Under the pieces are notes generated by a model. That model worked only from the letters and a program-made list of their open reading frames with translations. It was not told the origin of the DNA and ran no database searches. Below are positions 8,496-18,589 of a stretch of 64,000 nucleotides of DNA, piece by piece. Source of the stretch: Nitrososphaeraceae archaeon (lineage in GTDB: Archaea; Thermoproteota; Nitrososphaeria; Nitrososphaerales; Nitrososphaeraceae). Every line of letters begins with the position of its first letter. Within the stretch, counting starts at the first letter, position 1. Position numbers and translations under genes: made by a program. The stretch lies in the NCBI GenBank assembly GCA_035643435.1, contig DASQQK010000286.1, positions 8,706 to 72,705 of the forward strand, given 5' to 3'.

Positions 8496-8948
8496 CTATT
8501 CACCCTTCCATCCTATTTGCTTCGCGATATCCCCCACAGTAATATAATAAGACTCGGGTTTTCTTATTCTACACTCTTCAAATACTTTTGGAAATTCGTG
8601 ACTCAATTTTTCAGGGACTCCAATGTAGACCCTCAATTGCTCGAGAGCTTTGATCCCGCTCGTCTTGCGTTTGGGTATCATTCCTCTGACCATTCTTGTT
8701 AAAATAGTGTCAGGTCTACGTGGGTGAAATGGGCCATGAATTGGGTTAGTGACTGAGCTTATCTCTAGATTCTCTTTATACGTCTCTATGGTTTTGTACC
8801 TGTTTCCTGATACCATTGCCTTTTCTGCGTTTATTACGGAGACCTTGTTACCATCTAAGAGTAGCTTTGAGATGCGTGAACAAGTCCTGCCTGCTATGCA
8901 ATTTGATATATCCACAACAATTGTTGAAGTTGTTTGTTGTTTAACCAA
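8496..8948 (-). CDS. rpl13: 50S ribosomal protein uL13 (L13P)
   Basis: IVVDISNCIAGRTCSRISKLLL...GPFHPRRPDTILTRMVRGMIP pattern, positioned between L18e and S9. Confidence 0.88.
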   Translation of the reverse strand: MVKQQTTSTIVVDISNCIAGRTCSRISKLLLDGNKVSVINAEKAMVSGNRYKTIETYKENLEISSVTNPIHGPFHPRRPDTILTRMVRGMIPKRKTSGIKALEQLRVYIGVPEKLSHEFPKVFEECRIRKPESYYITVGDIAKQIGWKGE

Positions 8949-9324
8949 TTATCTTAACTCCCGAACCGTGAGGATACTTTTCAACAAAGTCAGCAAGAGC
9001 GAGGATTTGGCCTCCGGCCTTACTTATCTTCAATGAAGCTGATCTTGAGATTGAATATGCATAGATTATAATTGAATGACCCAAGTTTCCGGCACCTAGT
9101 ACCTTGCCAGGAACAATAACTACATCCCCGTTTTTCGTAAATTTTGATAATTTATCCATATTTACCTCTCTTCTGTTTCTTCTCGAATTAAGGACTCTTC
9201 GCTCTACATCTTTCCATAGAGGAGCCTTTGTCCTCTTGAATGCCATTCTAAGGGTCAATACCGTTTCTGCAATAACACCATCATTCAACATATTATAATG
9301 GAGTCTTACTTTTTGAATCCCCAA
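8941..9324 (-). CDS. rpl18e: 50S ribosomal protein eL18 (L18e)
   Basis: APLWKDVERRVLNSRRNRREVN...VVIVPGKVLGAGNL...ISKAGGQIL pattern. It overlaps rpl13 by 8 nt. Confidence 0.85.
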   Translation of the reverse strand: MGIQKVRLHYNMLNDGVIAETVLTLRMAFKRTKAPLWKDVERRVLNSRRNRREVNMDKLSKFTKNGDVVIVPGKVLGAGNLGHSIIIYAYSISRSASLKISKAGGQILALADFVEKYPHGSGVKIIG

Positions 9325-9347
9325 ATAAATGTACTCAATTCAATCAT

Positions 9348-9998
9348 TTAGGTAAGATGCAAAGATGCTACAGTGTCGGCGAAGCTTTTTACCCTTAAAT
9401 TCAATCTCTGGATAGCAGCTTCAATCGTCTCCTCTGCGGTAAGCGCCCCAGTAGTTTCGACAGTCAATATTGATTGATTCTGTTCTTCTCCATCTGTAAC
9501 TATTGAGCATGTGGTTGGCTGCCACTTCGCGTGCTTACTCCCTAATCCTAACCTGGCGTAAGCTTCAAACTTCAATTTTTGTGAAGGTGCCAAAATTATG
9601 ATTGGAATATTACTATTCACTGGCTTAACGATATCATCCTCTGAAGCCAGTTCCCCTGAAGTAACAAGCTTCGTTTTATCATTTGCTTCAGAATCTAATA
9701 CCAACAATACTCTACATTTTGAGCAACCGAGGGAATTATTACAGTCACATTCCTGCGGCAGAACAAATCTATTCAGATCAGTCCGAAGTGGAATAAGCCC
9801 CAATCTATGTGCGATTGCTTCGTCGTGCATTACCGATGAGTTTTCCATCATCACGACGTCATCAATCGCCAGCGTGGGAACCTCACTTATAGAGATCCTT
9901 CTTATTGCGTTGACGTATTGTCTAGGAACATTATTAAACCTCAACACTATGCGGTCTTTAGTTTTGCTAACAACATCTAGAGAAGGAGACTGAACCAA
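9348..9998 (-). CDS. rpoD: DNA-directed RNA polymerase subunit D (Rpo3)
   Basis: NAIRRISISEVPTLAIDDVVMMENSSVMHDEAIAHRLGLIPL plus a CxCx6CxxC loop. It heads the rpoD-L18e-L13-S9 gene order conserved in archaea. Confidence 0.88.
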   Translation of the reverse strand: MVQSPSLDVVSKTKDRIVLRFNNVPRQYVNAIRRISISEVPTLAIDDVVMMENSSVMHDEAIAHRLGLIPLRTDLNRFVLPQECDCNNSLGCSKCRVLLVLDSEANDKTKLVTSGELASEDDIVKPVNSNIPIIILAPSQKLKFEAYARLGLGSKHAKWQPTTCSIVTDGEEQNQSILTVETTGALTAEETIEAAIQRLNLRVKSFADTVASLHLT

Positions 9999-10094
9999 CT
10001 TTTCATTGTAAACGACAGGCTAATAAAATTCTACCGACAAACACAACAAACCCAAGGTACCTACCTATAAGCAATAAACAGTGCCATCTGAATA

Positions 10095-10334
10095 TTACAT
10101 GTCAGGAATCGAGCTCTGAGGGAGTGTTGGATCATTCACACCTGTCGGGATATCTGAAGATGTTGTATTAGACACGTCAGGAATCGAGCTCTGAGGGAGT
10201 GTTGGATCATTCACACCTGTCGGGATATCTGTAGAGGTACCTGTGGTTCCATTGACCATGGGTAATGGAACGTACATAATTGCAGGTAAAATCAGGGCCG
10301 CTGCGATCACAGCCGTTTGGCAAGAAATGAACAT
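10095..10334 (-). CDS. small secreted/membrane-anchored repeat protein
   Basis: Hydrophobic N-terminus, then two copies of DIPTGVNDPTLPQSSIPD encoded by a 56-bp perfect direct repeat with a 75-bp period. Confidence 0.45.
   Translation of the reverse strand: MFISCQTAVIAAALILPAIMYVPLPMVNGTTGTSTDIPTGVNDPTLPQSSIPDVSNTTSSDIPTGVNDPTLPQSSIPDM
10101..10231. repeat. 56-bp perfect direct repeat, two copies 75 bp apart
   Basis: Positions 10101-10156 and 10176-10231 are identical (gtcaggaatcgagctctgagggagtgttggatcattcacacctgtcgggatatctg). Confidence 0.95.
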
Positions 10335-10554
10335 TACGAAATACTATGTCCTTTCCAAGTGCTTTAAACTTTGCTTTACGACCGAATATCCAAATTTATT
10401 ATGCTAGATATGATCAGATATTTTCCCGTTCACTGTATAACCTGTGTCAATATTCTGATCAGGAGATATTATCATAGGAACAGAATATTAAGTTAATAGT
10501 GAGATTCTAAAGCATTATTATTATAACTATGGCGCATACAGAAAACTAGTTATG

Positions 10555-10564
10555 TTTTTTATAG
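10555..10564 (+). promoter_or_regulatory. TATA-box-like element upstream of amt
   Basis: ttttttatag is centred ~30 nt upstream of the ATG at 10590. That spacing fits an archaeal TATA with a short leader or a leaderless mRNA. Confidence 0.35.
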
Positions 10565-10589
10565 TCCCTGATAGGTGGAATGCAGTATA

Positions 10590-12044
10590 ATGCAAAAGTC
10601 TAGGATGTTTGCTATATTGCCAGGTGTTGCAATATTGGGTTTCTTGGTCTCTATGAGTGCGGGAACAATAGGGAATGTCTCAGGGTATACCGAGAATCAA
10701 TCAGGGATAGAGTTCGGTTGTTTTCAGACCGATGAGAGTACAGGTGAATATCTACTCGACGAAGAAGGTAACCTGATCCCCTGTGAGATCGACTCTGGTG
10801 ACAATGCCTGGATGCTCACTGCCTCTGCACTTGTACTGGTTATGACACCCGCAGGGTTGGCAATGTTCTATGGTGGCTTGGCACGACACAAGAACGCTGT
10901 TAGTACAGTTCATATGGTTTTCATTGCTGTTGGATTAGTCACAGTCCAGTGGGCACTTTGGGGGTATTCGCTAGCATTTGGACCTGATGCAACTGGTCAC
11001 GGATTTATAGGGAATTTTGATTGGGCTGGCTTGAATTACGTATATCATGACGTTCCGTCAGATGTATATGCTACGACAATACCCCATATGACGTTTATGG
11101 TCTTCCAAATGATGTTCGCCATAATCACTCCAGCTCTGATTGTCGCCTCATTGGCAGAAAGAATGAAATGGAGTGCTTATGTGATATTCGTGGTTATATG
11201 GGCTACCTTTGTGTATGATTTCGCCGCCCATTGGACATGGTCTCTGGGTGCAGGTGGGACTGCAGTGGGCTGGACCGGAGATTTGCCATCGCTGGACTTT
11301 GCAGGAGGAACCGTTATACACATTACTTCCGGTTGGGCAGGATTAGTAATCGCTATAATGCTAGGCAGACGACTGGGATATGGAAAGGTTCCAATGGAAC
11401 CGCACAATATTCCTCTTATTGTGCTGGGCGCTGCGCTACTGTGGTTTGGATGGTTCGGATTTAATGCTGGTTCAGCCGGTGCAGCGGGAACAAACGCGAC
11501 TAGTGCTTTTGTTGCGACTCAACTCGCAACTGGAACTGCCGCGTTAACTTGGATGCTTATTTCCTGGGCGCATACAGGCAGACCATCAACCGTAGGAGCA
11601 GCTTCGGGTGCTGTCGCAGGATTAGTGGCTATTACCCCTGCTTCAGGCTTTGTTGGGCCGATGGCGTCGATCATAATAGGGATTGCAGCATCGCTTGTTT
11701 GTTACGCAGCAGTAGTGTTCAAGAATAGAAGAAAGTGGGATGATGCACTTGACACATGGGCCGTTCATGGTATGGGTGGCTTGGCTGGTGCTCTCTTGAC
11801 GGGAGTCTTTGCCCAGACTATATACACCGACGTAGCTGATGGTCTCGCGTTTGGAAACCCAGAGCAGTTGCTTAATAATGCTATAGGAGCATTTGCAGCA
11901 TTAGCCTGGGCAGTTGGCATCACCGCTGCTATAATTAAGGTGATGGACGTAGTCTGGCCCGGTGGGATCCGAGTTACACCAAAGGAAGAAGAAGTTGGTC
12001 TGGATCTTTCACAACATGGAGAAAGAGCATATGTAACGGAATAA
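10590..12044 (+). CDS. amt: ammonium transporter (Amt/MEP family) with N-terminal signal peptide
   Basis: Contains DSGDNAWMLTASALVLVMTPAGLAMFYGGL, FAGGTVIHITSGWAGL, WFGWFGFNAGS and WAVHGMGGLAGALLTG, the canonical Amt motifs. The ORF opens at GTG 10575. The ATG at 10590 is preferred because of the TATA spacing. Confidence 0.92.
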   Translation: MQKSRMFAILPGVAILGFLVSMSAGTIGNVSGYTENQSGIEFGCFQTDESTGEYLLDEEGNLIPCEIDSGDNAWMLTASALVLVMTPAGLAMFYGGLARHKNAVSTVHMVFIAVGLVTVQWALWGYSLAFGPDATGHGFIGNFDWAGLNYVYHDVPSDVYATTIPHMTFMVFQMMFAIITPALIVASLAERMKWSAYVIFVVIWATFVYDFAAHWTWSLGAGGTAVGWTGDLPSLDFAGGTVIHITSGWAGLVIAIMLGRRLGYGKVPMEPHNIPLIVLGAALLWFGWFGFNAGSAGAAGTNATSAFVATQLATGTAALTWMLISWAHTGRPSTVGAASGAVAGLVAITPASGFVGPMASIIIGIAASLVCYAAVVFKNRRKWDDALDTWAVHGMGGLAGALLTGVFAQTIYTDVADGLAFGNPEQLLNNAIGAFAALAWAVGITAAIIKVMDVVWPGGIRVTPKEEEVGLDLSQHGERAYVTE

Positions 12045-12052
12045 CGAACTTC

Positions 12053-12067
12053 CTTTTTCTTTTTTTC
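12053..12067 (+). terminator. oligo-T tracts downstream of amt
   Basis: cctttttctttttttc lies 8 nt after the amt stop codon. Archaeal termination commonly uses T-runs. Confidence 0.35.
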
Positions 12068-12203
12068 ATAATTTGTAGTCATGATTTAGCATAGTGTAGA
12101 ATGCAAATTTGCTTATGAGATTTAGAGTCTGATCTCCCGAAAGATCGCGAATACTGCACTATACATATAAGCACAGAATTGGTTAAGGATCAAGGATGTA
12201 TAA

Positions 12204-12896
12204 TTGCCTGAAACTAGGGTTACTATTGTGAGATGGGTGATCGAAGGAAATAGGTTTGAAATCTTGGTCAAACCCGATCCTGCTCTTGATTATAGAATGG
12301 GCAGGAGAAATGATCTGGCAAATGTTTTGATATCTGACGAGGTATACTCGGATGCAAACAAAGGGTCAAGAGCCTCCAGTGATAGGCTCTTCAGATATTT
12401 TAAGACTAATGACCTAGGCGAAGTTGCTAGGCAGATCCTGCTCAATGGCGAGCTGAGTTTAACTACTGAACAAAGACGAAAAATGGTCGAAGAAAAGAAA
12501 AGACAGATTGTCGACTACATTAGCAAGAGTTTTGTTGACCCAAAGACACATCTTCCACACCCTCCGTTGCGAATACAAAGTGCCATGGAAGATGTAAGAA
12601 TTAGCATTGATCCCTTCAAGAGAGCGGAGGAACAAGTAAAATCAATTATTGATGCTCTAAGAAAGGTCCTCCCTTTGAAATCTGAGATATTGAAGTTGAC
12701 AGTGATTATTCCTGCGAGTCACTCAGCTCAAGGATATAACGCTGTAAAAAGTTTAGGGAACTTCAAGAGTGATGAATGGCTTGCTGACGGCTCAGTCCGT
12801 GTTACATTAGAGGTCAACGCAGGCATGAAAGGTAGGATAATAGATAAGATCAGTTCAGCGACTAGGGGAGCTGCTCAGATAAAAGAAGATCTCTAA
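12204..12896 (+). CDS. SBDS-family ribosome maturation protein
   Basis: VTIVRWVIEGNRFEILVKPDPALDYRMGRRNDLANVLISDEVYSDANKG is the typical SBDS N-terminal (FYSH) domain. TTG start. The position upstream of rrp4 matches the archaeal exosome superoperon. Confidence 0.85.
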   Translation: MPETRVTIVRWVIEGNRFEILVKPDPALDYRMGRRNDLANVLISDEVYSDANKGSRASSDRLFRYFKTNDLGEVARQILLNGELSLTTEQRRKMVEEKKRQIVDYISKSFVDPKTHLPHPPLRIQSAMEDVRISIDPFKRAEEQVKSIIDALRKVLPLKSEILKLTVIIPASHSAQGYNAVKSLGNFKSDEWLADGSVRVTLEVNAGMKGRIIDKISSATRGAAQIKEDL

Positions 12897-13007
12897 ACTA
12901 AATTCACTTAAAATATAAATCCCATCATGGTTCCCAAATGTCAGAGAGAAATGACAAATAATTGTGCTAAAAACAATTTGACAGACTGGGGGAGCTATTG
13001 AAGGTCT

Positions 13008-13796
13008 ATGCAAGAAACTAAGAGAAGATACGTGGTCCCAGGGGATAGGATTATCGATGGTAATTTCCGTCCCCTTTCGAACGTCACCAAATTTGGAAAT
13101 TCCATTTTTGCAACTAGGATAGGAATAGCCGAAGCCACGAGGGACGGAATCAAGGTAATTCCCTTGTCCGGCGTATACATTCCTCGTGTAAATGATATAG
13201 TAATTGGCAAAATTACAGATCATTCTTCCTTGTCTTGGCAGGTAGACATAAGCTCATGCTTTTCCGCTCATTTACCCGCTCAAGATGTTTTTGGAAGGGA
13301 TTTTTCACCGGCTCGTGATGATATGAATAAGCAACTTGCAATAGGCGATTTAGTTACTGCGAGAATTGTAGCATTTGACAGGACGAGAGATCCTATGCTT
13401 ACTGTTCAAGATAAGGACCTTGGAAAAATTCCACGAGGTGAATTTCTAAAAATCTCCGCTACTCGTGTCCCTCGATTAATTGGAAAGCGTGGTTCCATGA
13501 TACAAACAATAGAGCAAGCAACACAGACGCGAATTTTGGTAGGGCAGAATGGTATAGTTGTAGTTACAGGCAGAAATGTCGATGGCACCCAACTCGCTAT
13601 TAGAGCAATTCGGATGGTGGAGGAAGAGGCACATACATCAAATCTCACTCAGAGGATTAAAACGCTCTTGAATGTTCCTGAACCTCAATCTAATGAAAAT
13701 GTCTCGGAGTTGCCGGAACCAAGGCAAAATTCAAAAGGTATTCAAGAAACAGAAGAAGAGGTACAGGAAGAATTGGAAAAAGGTGACAAAGAATAA
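13008..13796 (+). CDS. rrp4: exosome complex RNA-binding subunit Rrp4 (S1 + KH)
   Basis: VVPGDRI... N-terminal domain, S1-like [17 protein letters not shown] motif [16 protein letters not shown], and an acidic tail. It precedes rrp41. Confidence 0.88.
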   Translation: MQETKRRYVVPGDRIIDGNFRPLSNVTKFGNSIFATRIGIAEATRDGIKVIPLSGVYIPRVNDIVIGKITDHSSLSWQVDISSCFSAHLPAQDVFGRDFSPARDDMNKQLAIGDLVTARIVAFDRTRDPMLTVQDKDLGKIPRGEFLKISATRVPRLIGKRGSMIQTIEQATQTRILVGQNGIVVVTGRNVDGTQLAIRAIRMVEEEAHTSNLTQRIKTLLNVPEPQSNENVSELPEPRQNSKGIQETEEEVQEELEKGDKE

Positions 13797-14536
13797 TGGT
13801 CCAAAGTAGGAGTCTAATAGATGCGCAAGGTCTCAGAACTGATGGGCGAACTATGGATGAATTGCGTAATGTCAAAATACAAGTGGGAATACTTAAAAAT
13901 GCGGACGGATCCGCGTATATAGAGTTTGGCAAGAACAGGATTATTGTAGCTGTTTATGGACCTCGAGAAGTCCATCCAAAGCACATGGCTCAACCTGATA
14001 GATGTGTTTTGAGATGTAGATACCATATGTCGCCATTTTCCACTGATACCCGTAAGAATCCTGCGCCTTCAAGAAGAGAAGTTGAAATTTCGAAGGTAAT
14101 GAGAGAAGCGTTGGAACCAGCGGTGATGCTTGAGGATTATCCAAGGGCGGCAATCGATGTTTATGTTGAAGTTTTACAAGCAGATGGGGGCTCAAGGTGT
14201 GCAGGCATCACAGCCGCATCAGTTGCCCTAGCTGATGCGGGCATAAACATGCGCGATTTAGTTCCCGCTTGTGCAGCTGGAAAGGTTGAGCAGAAGATAG
14301 TTCTAGACATTAATGATGTTGAAGATAAGGAAGGTAATGCTGATATGCCAATGGCATATATGCCACATCTAGAACGCGTCACTCTTTTGCAGCTTGACGG
14401 CATTTTGAACCAGGAAGAATTTAATGAGTGTCTAGACAAGGCTCTCCAGGGTTGCAAAATGATTTATGAGATTCAAAGAAAAGCACTTATTCAGAAATAT
14501 TTTGGAAACGAACAGGAGTTGAAAGAAGAGTCTTGA
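13796..14536 (+). CDS. rrp41: exosome complex exonuclease Rrp41 (RNase PH-like)
   Basis: [47 protein letters not shown] and [23 protein letters not shown] are RNase PH motifs. Its ATG overlaps the rrp4 stop codon. Confidence 0.92.
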   Translation: MVQSRSLIDAQGLRTDGRTMDELRNVKIQVGILKNADGSAYIEFGKNRIIVAVYGPREVHPKHMAQPDRCVLRCRYHMSPFSTDTRKNPAPSRREVEISKVMREALEPAVMLEDYPRAAIDVYVEVLQADGGSRCAGITAASVALADAGINMRDLVPACAAGKVEQKIVLDINDVEDKEGNADMPMAYMPHLERVTLLQLDGILNQEEFNECLDKALQGCKMIYEIQRKALIQKYFGNEQELKEES

Positions 14537-15363
14537 GTTCATCAAAACGTTCAACAATAATAGTAGAGCATCTTCGAAGACAACAGATGATGGAAGCGAT
14601 CTCGAGATCCAAGAGGATCGACGGGAGGAACCTCGACGAACTGAGGCCATTAGAGATAGAGCTGGGCATAATTGGCAAAGCAGACGGTTCGTCAAGGGTA
14701 AGGTTAGGGAATTCGGAGGTTGTTGCCGGCGTTAAAGTGGAAACAGGAGAACCCTTCGAAGGATTGGAGAACAAGGGCGCCTTAATACTGTCGGCCGAGG
14801 TCCTTCCCACAGCATCTCCTTACATCGAACCTGGGCCTCCAGATGAGGAAACAATTGAATTAGCCAGAGTTGTCGATCGAGGAGTAAGAGAATCCGAAAT
14901 GGTTGATCTCGACAAGCTAGCGCTTATCCCGGGAAAGGTTGTTTATACTATATTCGTTGATTGCAGTATCATAAATTATGACGGTAACCTTTTCGATGCA
15001 TCATCGTACGCTGTAGTCTCAGCACTACTGTCTAGCAGACTTCCGATTTTCGAAGTGCAAGAGGGAGTCGGTGTGGTAGACACTGGCAAGAAAATGGATC
15101 CTCCGCTTACAACTATTCCTGTGTCCATAACGGCCGCTAAAATAGGTGATAGTGTAATACTTGACCCGATTGCTGAAGAAGAAGCCTGTATGGATGCAAG
15201 GATCACGATAACTACTAATTCTGAGGGTAAATTTGCAGCCATTCAGAAGGGATCCACTGGGTCATTTACAATTGACGAGATCAAACGGACAGCAGAAATA
15301 GCAAGAATTAAAGGAGAGGAAGTTCGAACGAAGATTAAAGAGCTTACTAATAATGGTGGCTAG
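14533..15363 (+). CDS. rrp42: exosome complex subunit Rrp42 (RNase PH-like, inactive)
   Basis: [41 protein letters not shown] is RNase PH-like. It overlaps rrp41 by 4 nt. Confidence 0.9.
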   Translation: MSSSKRSTIIVEHLRRQQMMEAISRSKRIDGRNLDELRPLEIELGIIGKADGSSRVRLGNSEVVAGVKVETGEPFEGLENKGALILSAEVLPTASPYIEPGPPDEETIELARVVDRGVRESEMVDLDKLALIPGKVVYTIFVDCSIINYDGNLFDASSYAVVSALLSSRLPIFEVQEGVGVVDTGKKMDPPLTTIPVSITAAKIGDSVILDPIAEEEACMDARITITTNSEGKFAAIQKGSTGSFTIDEIKRTAEIARIKGEEVRTKIKELTNNGG

Positions 15364-15586
15364 AAGAAAGCGTAAATCAACATCTCTTAAAGGATTAGGA
15401 GTCAAATTTGGAGCAAAGGTTCGGAAGCGGTATGGCGCAGTGTATCGAATCCTTAAGAAAAACAGGAAATGTCCGTCCTGCGGCTCCAAGAGGTTTTCTC
15501 GGATTGCACTTGGCATATGGCAATGTCCAAAATGTCATTTTAAAGTGGCCTCAGGGGCTTATGATATTAGCACGGAGGCACTGTAG
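15353..15586 (+). CDS. rpl37ae: 50S ribosomal protein eL43 (L37Ae)
   Basis: GLGVKFGAKVRKRYGAV...CPSCGSKRFSRIALGIWQCPKCHFKVASGAY is the zinc-ribbon L37Ae pattern. Confidence 0.9.
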   Translation: MVARRKRKSTSLKGLGVKFGAKVRKRYGAVYRILKKNRKCPSCGSKRFSRIALGIWQCPKCHFKVASGAYDISTEAL

Positions 15587-15836
15587 GGCAGAGATTAGAT
15601 TCTCATTCCGTAAGGATTATAAGAGATCCAGATCCTTGGCAACGGCTGCATTCACTGCCCTTAGTCCGGATACGAAAAACATCTCAGGCGCTAATTCATC
15701 TATATCGAAGATTTTTCTTAATGATCACACGATAACAATCCAAGTGGAGGCGAATGATATAGCCTGTTTACGAGCAAATATAAATACGTATTTTAGGCTG
15801 TTTCGGTTGTGTGTTCACACCTTATCTGATAGTTAG
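15561..15836 (+). CDS. pcc1: KEOPS complex Pcc1-like subunit
   Basis: This is the C-terminal part of ORF 15408..15836. AEIRFSF...ITIQVEANDIACLRANINTYFRLFRL parallels archaeal Pcc1 (I.A.D..ALRg.vNsyLRw, recalled from memory). The ATG at 15561 overlaps the rpl37ae 3' end by 26 nt. Confidence 0.65.
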   Translation: MILARRHCRAEIRFSFRKDYKRSRSLATAAFTALSPDTKNISGANSSISKIFLNDHTITIQVEANDIACLRANINTYFRLFRLCVHTLSDS

Positions 15837-15878
15837 CGTTATGATTTTATGTTGGTGTTTGTTAAACCCTGTCATATA

Positions 15879-16289
15879 ATGAGTGAACAAGAACTTCCAC
15901 CTTGGCTGAAGGAACAGGTATCACGCTTCCAGCAGATACAACAAAACTTGCAGGCCATAATTATGCAAAAGCAGCAGGTCGAACTGGAATCGGTTGAGAT
16001 AGATAGAGCATTAGAGGACTTGGGCAAGGCAGGTCCAGAAGACACCGTTTACAAGAGCGCTGGTCCATTGCTAATTAGAGCAAAAAAAGAGGATATTAGT
16101 AAGGAACTAGAAGAGAAGAAGGAGCTTGCGAAAACCCGTTTGATGGTGCTTTCAAAACAGGAGACAAGAGTAAAGGACAACCTGAAGGAAGTTGAAAACA
16201 AGATCAATCAAATGATAAGAGGTGCTCAGGGTCCATCTGGGGGAGCTGGGATCGTCGGAGGCACCAGCCCTTCTACCCAATCTCCATAA
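15879..16289 (+). CDS. pfdB: prefoldin beta subunit
   Basis: LPPWLKEQVSRFQQIQQNLQAIIMQKQQVELESVEIDRALEDL...VYKSAGPLLIR has the coiled-coil/beta-hairpin/coiled-coil layout. The ATG at 15879 is preferred over the ORF opening at 15849. Confidence 0.8.
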   Translation: MSEQELPPWLKEQVSRFQQIQQNLQAIIMQKQQVELESVEIDRALEDLGKAGPEDTVYKSAGPLLIRAKKEDISKELEEKKELAKTRLMVLSKQETRVKDNLKEVENKINQMIRGAQGPSGGAGIVGGTSPSTQSP

Positions 16290-16406
16290 TGATGAAGTGA
16301 TACCCTCGTAGAGTATCGAAAGATAAATCAAGCACAGACAAAATGAATTTCGGGAAGCTTTAGGCTTCAGTTAAAAACATTAACAAGAGCTATCTAATAG
16401 CTATTC

Positions 16407-17135
16407 GTGGGCGCTAGGATCGTAATTGATGCGAGAGAAAAAAATAGCCAGATCCCTGGGTTGCTTAGTGGACTTGGGGCCTCAGTTGAGTTTTCCCTCC
16501 TCAGTGTGGGAGATTATATTGTTTCTTCTGGAACTGCTATTGAAAGGAAAACTATTTCGGATCTTATAAGCTCAATATATGATGGACGTTTGTTCCTACA
16601 ATGCAACAATTTGATTCAACACTACCCTAGACCGTTAATCGTTATCGAGGGAACGTTGTCAGGAGATCCTCAACAGTATAGCCAAACAACTAACGCAAAC
16701 ATCACGGAACAAATGCCTCTAATTCTTGAGGCCTTTGCACGGGTAGCACTTGAGTTTAGAATACCAATAATACCAACCCCCACTCCCGAATTCACTTCTC
16801 GGATAGTTATGATGATCGCGAATCTTGCCCATGCAGATGGATCAACAAACGGTCCGCTTATCAAAAGAATTCGTAAGCAAAATCCTATTTACGTACAACA
16901 GTTATCAGTTCTATCTTCTCTGCCAGGAGTAGGACAAAAAACAGCTGTTCGTATGATAAAAAAATTTGGAACCCCTATGAGAACTTTATCTGCATCGGTG
17001 GCCGAGCTATCAATGATAGCCGGGTTAGGGACCAATCGTGCTATTCGGATCCGGAGGGTATTAGATTACAGTAGTAGTACGAATGAACCGCAGAACGAAA
17101 TTCAGAAAACACTCAGAGACTCTAGCACTCTATAG
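16407..17135 (+). CDS. xpf: ERCC4-type nuclease, short-form XPF (nuclease + HhH2)
   Basis: IVIDAREKNS...GDYIVSSGTAIERKTISDLISSIYDGRLFLQ (GDxn ERKx3D nuclease motif), then LSSLPGVGQKTAVRMIKKFGT...IAGLG (tandem HhH). GTG start. Confidence 0.8.
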   Translation: MGARIVIDAREKNSQIPGLLSGLGASVEFSLLSVGDYIVSSGTAIERKTISDLISSIYDGRLFLQCNNLIQHYPRPLIVIEGTLSGDPQQYSQTTNANITEQMPLILEAFARVALEFRIPIIPTPTPEFTSRIVMMIANLAHADGSTNGPLIKRIRKQNPIYVQQLSVLSSLPGVGQKTAVRMIKKFGTPMRTLSASVAELSMIAGLGTNRAIRIRRVLDYSSSTNEPQNEIQKTLRDSSTL

Positions 17136-17276
17136 TTAGCTACATTTTTAGGTAAACCCATAACAGTAACTTGTTCCTAATCTGTAGTACCCTACCTTGC
17201 CGTTGGTTGCTGGTTAGACAATTTAACAAGTATTTAAAACGAGGTATTTATAGCCCCTACACACTCCACATGACAC

Positions 17277-17744
17277 ATGACGAGTTCTTTTGCGTCCAAG
17301 CAAAGGATCTTCTATATCTTGCTTGGCGCAGGGATTTCCTTTATTTTAATTGGCTCAGCATCAGCACTTTATACGCTAACACCTATTCAAGTATCTCTTA
17401 ATGGTACTGTTGCATCAGGTCAGAGTGACACATTAACTCCTAACATGAACTCAGGTAATCCTGTTGTGCTATACGTTACGGGATCTAATTTCAGCATCGA
17501 GATTGTGGATCCTGAAAACGAGGTAGTTCGTTCGGCAACCAACACAACCAGCTTTCAGTATAATTTTACAGCCCAAACGGATGGACAGTACTTGATCTCC
17601 ATAGATAACTTGGGGCGTTCTGATTTGGTGCTTGTTGGCAGCGCTTTCACAAAAGGCAGTCAAATAGCTTTAGGCGGTCAACTCATGCTTATCGTAACTG
17701 GAATTATAGTACTGGGACTTGGTCTGCGAGCGAAGCTCAGATAG
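17277..17744 (+). CDS. membrane-anchored protein, function unknown
   Basis: An N-terminal TM and a C-terminal TM followed by a basic tail (LMLIVTGIIVLGLGLRAKLR) flank a ~100-aa beta-rich region. Confidence 0.5.
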   Translation: MTSSFASKQRIFYILLGAGISFILIGSASALYTLTPIQVSLNGTVASGQSDTLTPNMNSGNPVVLYVTGSNFSIEIVDPENEVVRSATNTTSFQYNFTAQTDGQYLISIDNLGRSDLVLVGSAFTKGSQIALGGQLMLIVTGIIVLGLGLRAKLR

Positions 17745-17755
17745 AATATTCGATG

Positions 17756-18589
17756 TTACCCATTGGTCATTTCCTTCTTATACGAGCCGAGAACCTTTAC
17801 AAAGGTTGTCTTCGGCTCTATGACTTTCAAAACATCTGCAACTTTTGTGTCACGAATATGACCCTCGAAGTCTGTAAAGAAATTGTACTCCCACGGCGTT
17901 TCTTTCGTGGGACGTGATTCTATCTTCGTAAGGTTGATTCCTCTTATTGCGAATTCAGACAGTATATTCACTAATGATCCCGGTTCATGCCTGACAGAAA
18001 AAATGATTGAAGTCCCATCATTCCCTGTTGGATCAGTATCTGCGGGTTCCGTTGATAGCACATAGAATCTTGTAAAATTGTTCTTCCTGTCTTCTATTCC
18101 AGTGTCTAATATCTCCATACCATAAATTTCGGCTGCGCGCTTGCTCGCGATTGCCGCTGCTCTTTTATTTTGACCTTCTTTGATCATCTTCACTGCCCCT
18201 GCAGTATCATATACTGGTACGGGGGAGAGTCTCCTTTCAGTAATATAATGTCGGCACTGCGCGAGGGCTTGGGGGTGTGAGTAGACTTCCCTTAAGGAAT
18301 GCGGATCGTTTCCTTTTATCGCAATAAGGCAGTGATGTATTCTTTGATAAGTCTCTCCTATAATGTACAAGTTTGGTTGTAATAGTAGATCATATACCTC
18401 ATTTACGCTTCCCTCAATTGAGTTTTCGATAGGTACTACTGCATAGTCGGACAGGCCTGACAACAGTGTCTCGATTACTTCTTGAAACGATCGTACAGGC
18501 ATTGGGGTAGAGCTTGGAAAGAAATGCATGGCAGCAAGCTCGCTATATGCCCCTCTCTCACCTTGAAAAGCGACCTTAAAGACCACCAT
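17756..18589 (-). CDS. pheA: prephenate dehydratase (PDT + ACT domains)
   Basis: VAFQGERGAYSELAA...VPIENSIEGSV...TRFYVL..., and a C-terminal ACT domain (IIFSVRHEPGSLVNILSEFAIRGINLTKIESRP). Confidence 0.88.
   Translation of the reverse strand: MVVFKVAFQGERGAYSELAAMHFFPSSTPMPVRSFQEVIETLLSGLSDYAVVPIENSIEGSVNEVYDLLLQPNLYIIGETYQRIHHCLIAIKGNDPHSLREVYSHPQALAQCRHYITERRLSPVPVYDTAGAVKMIKEGQNKRAAAIASKRAAEIYGMEILDTGIEDRKNNFTRFYVLSTEPADTDPTGNDGTSIIFSVRHEPGSLVNILSEFAIRGINLTKIESRPTKETPWEYNFFTDFEGHIRDTKVADVLKVIEPKTTFVKVLGSYKKEMTNG

Noticed and set aside
8201-14457. Antisense or out-of-frame ORFs inside the ribosomal, rpoD, amt and exosome genes (for example 8201..8473, 9598..9993, 11177..11407, 11765..12082, 13406..13648, 14161..14457)
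   Set aside because: Each is fully overlapped by a confidently identified conserved gene, and they have low-complexity or Ser/Pro/Arg-skewed composition typical of shadow ORFs.
15408-15560. N-terminal 51 codons of ORF 15408..15836
   Set aside because: This part lies entirely inside rpl37ae in another frame and has no Pcc1 similarity. Only the segment from the ATG at 15561 is called.
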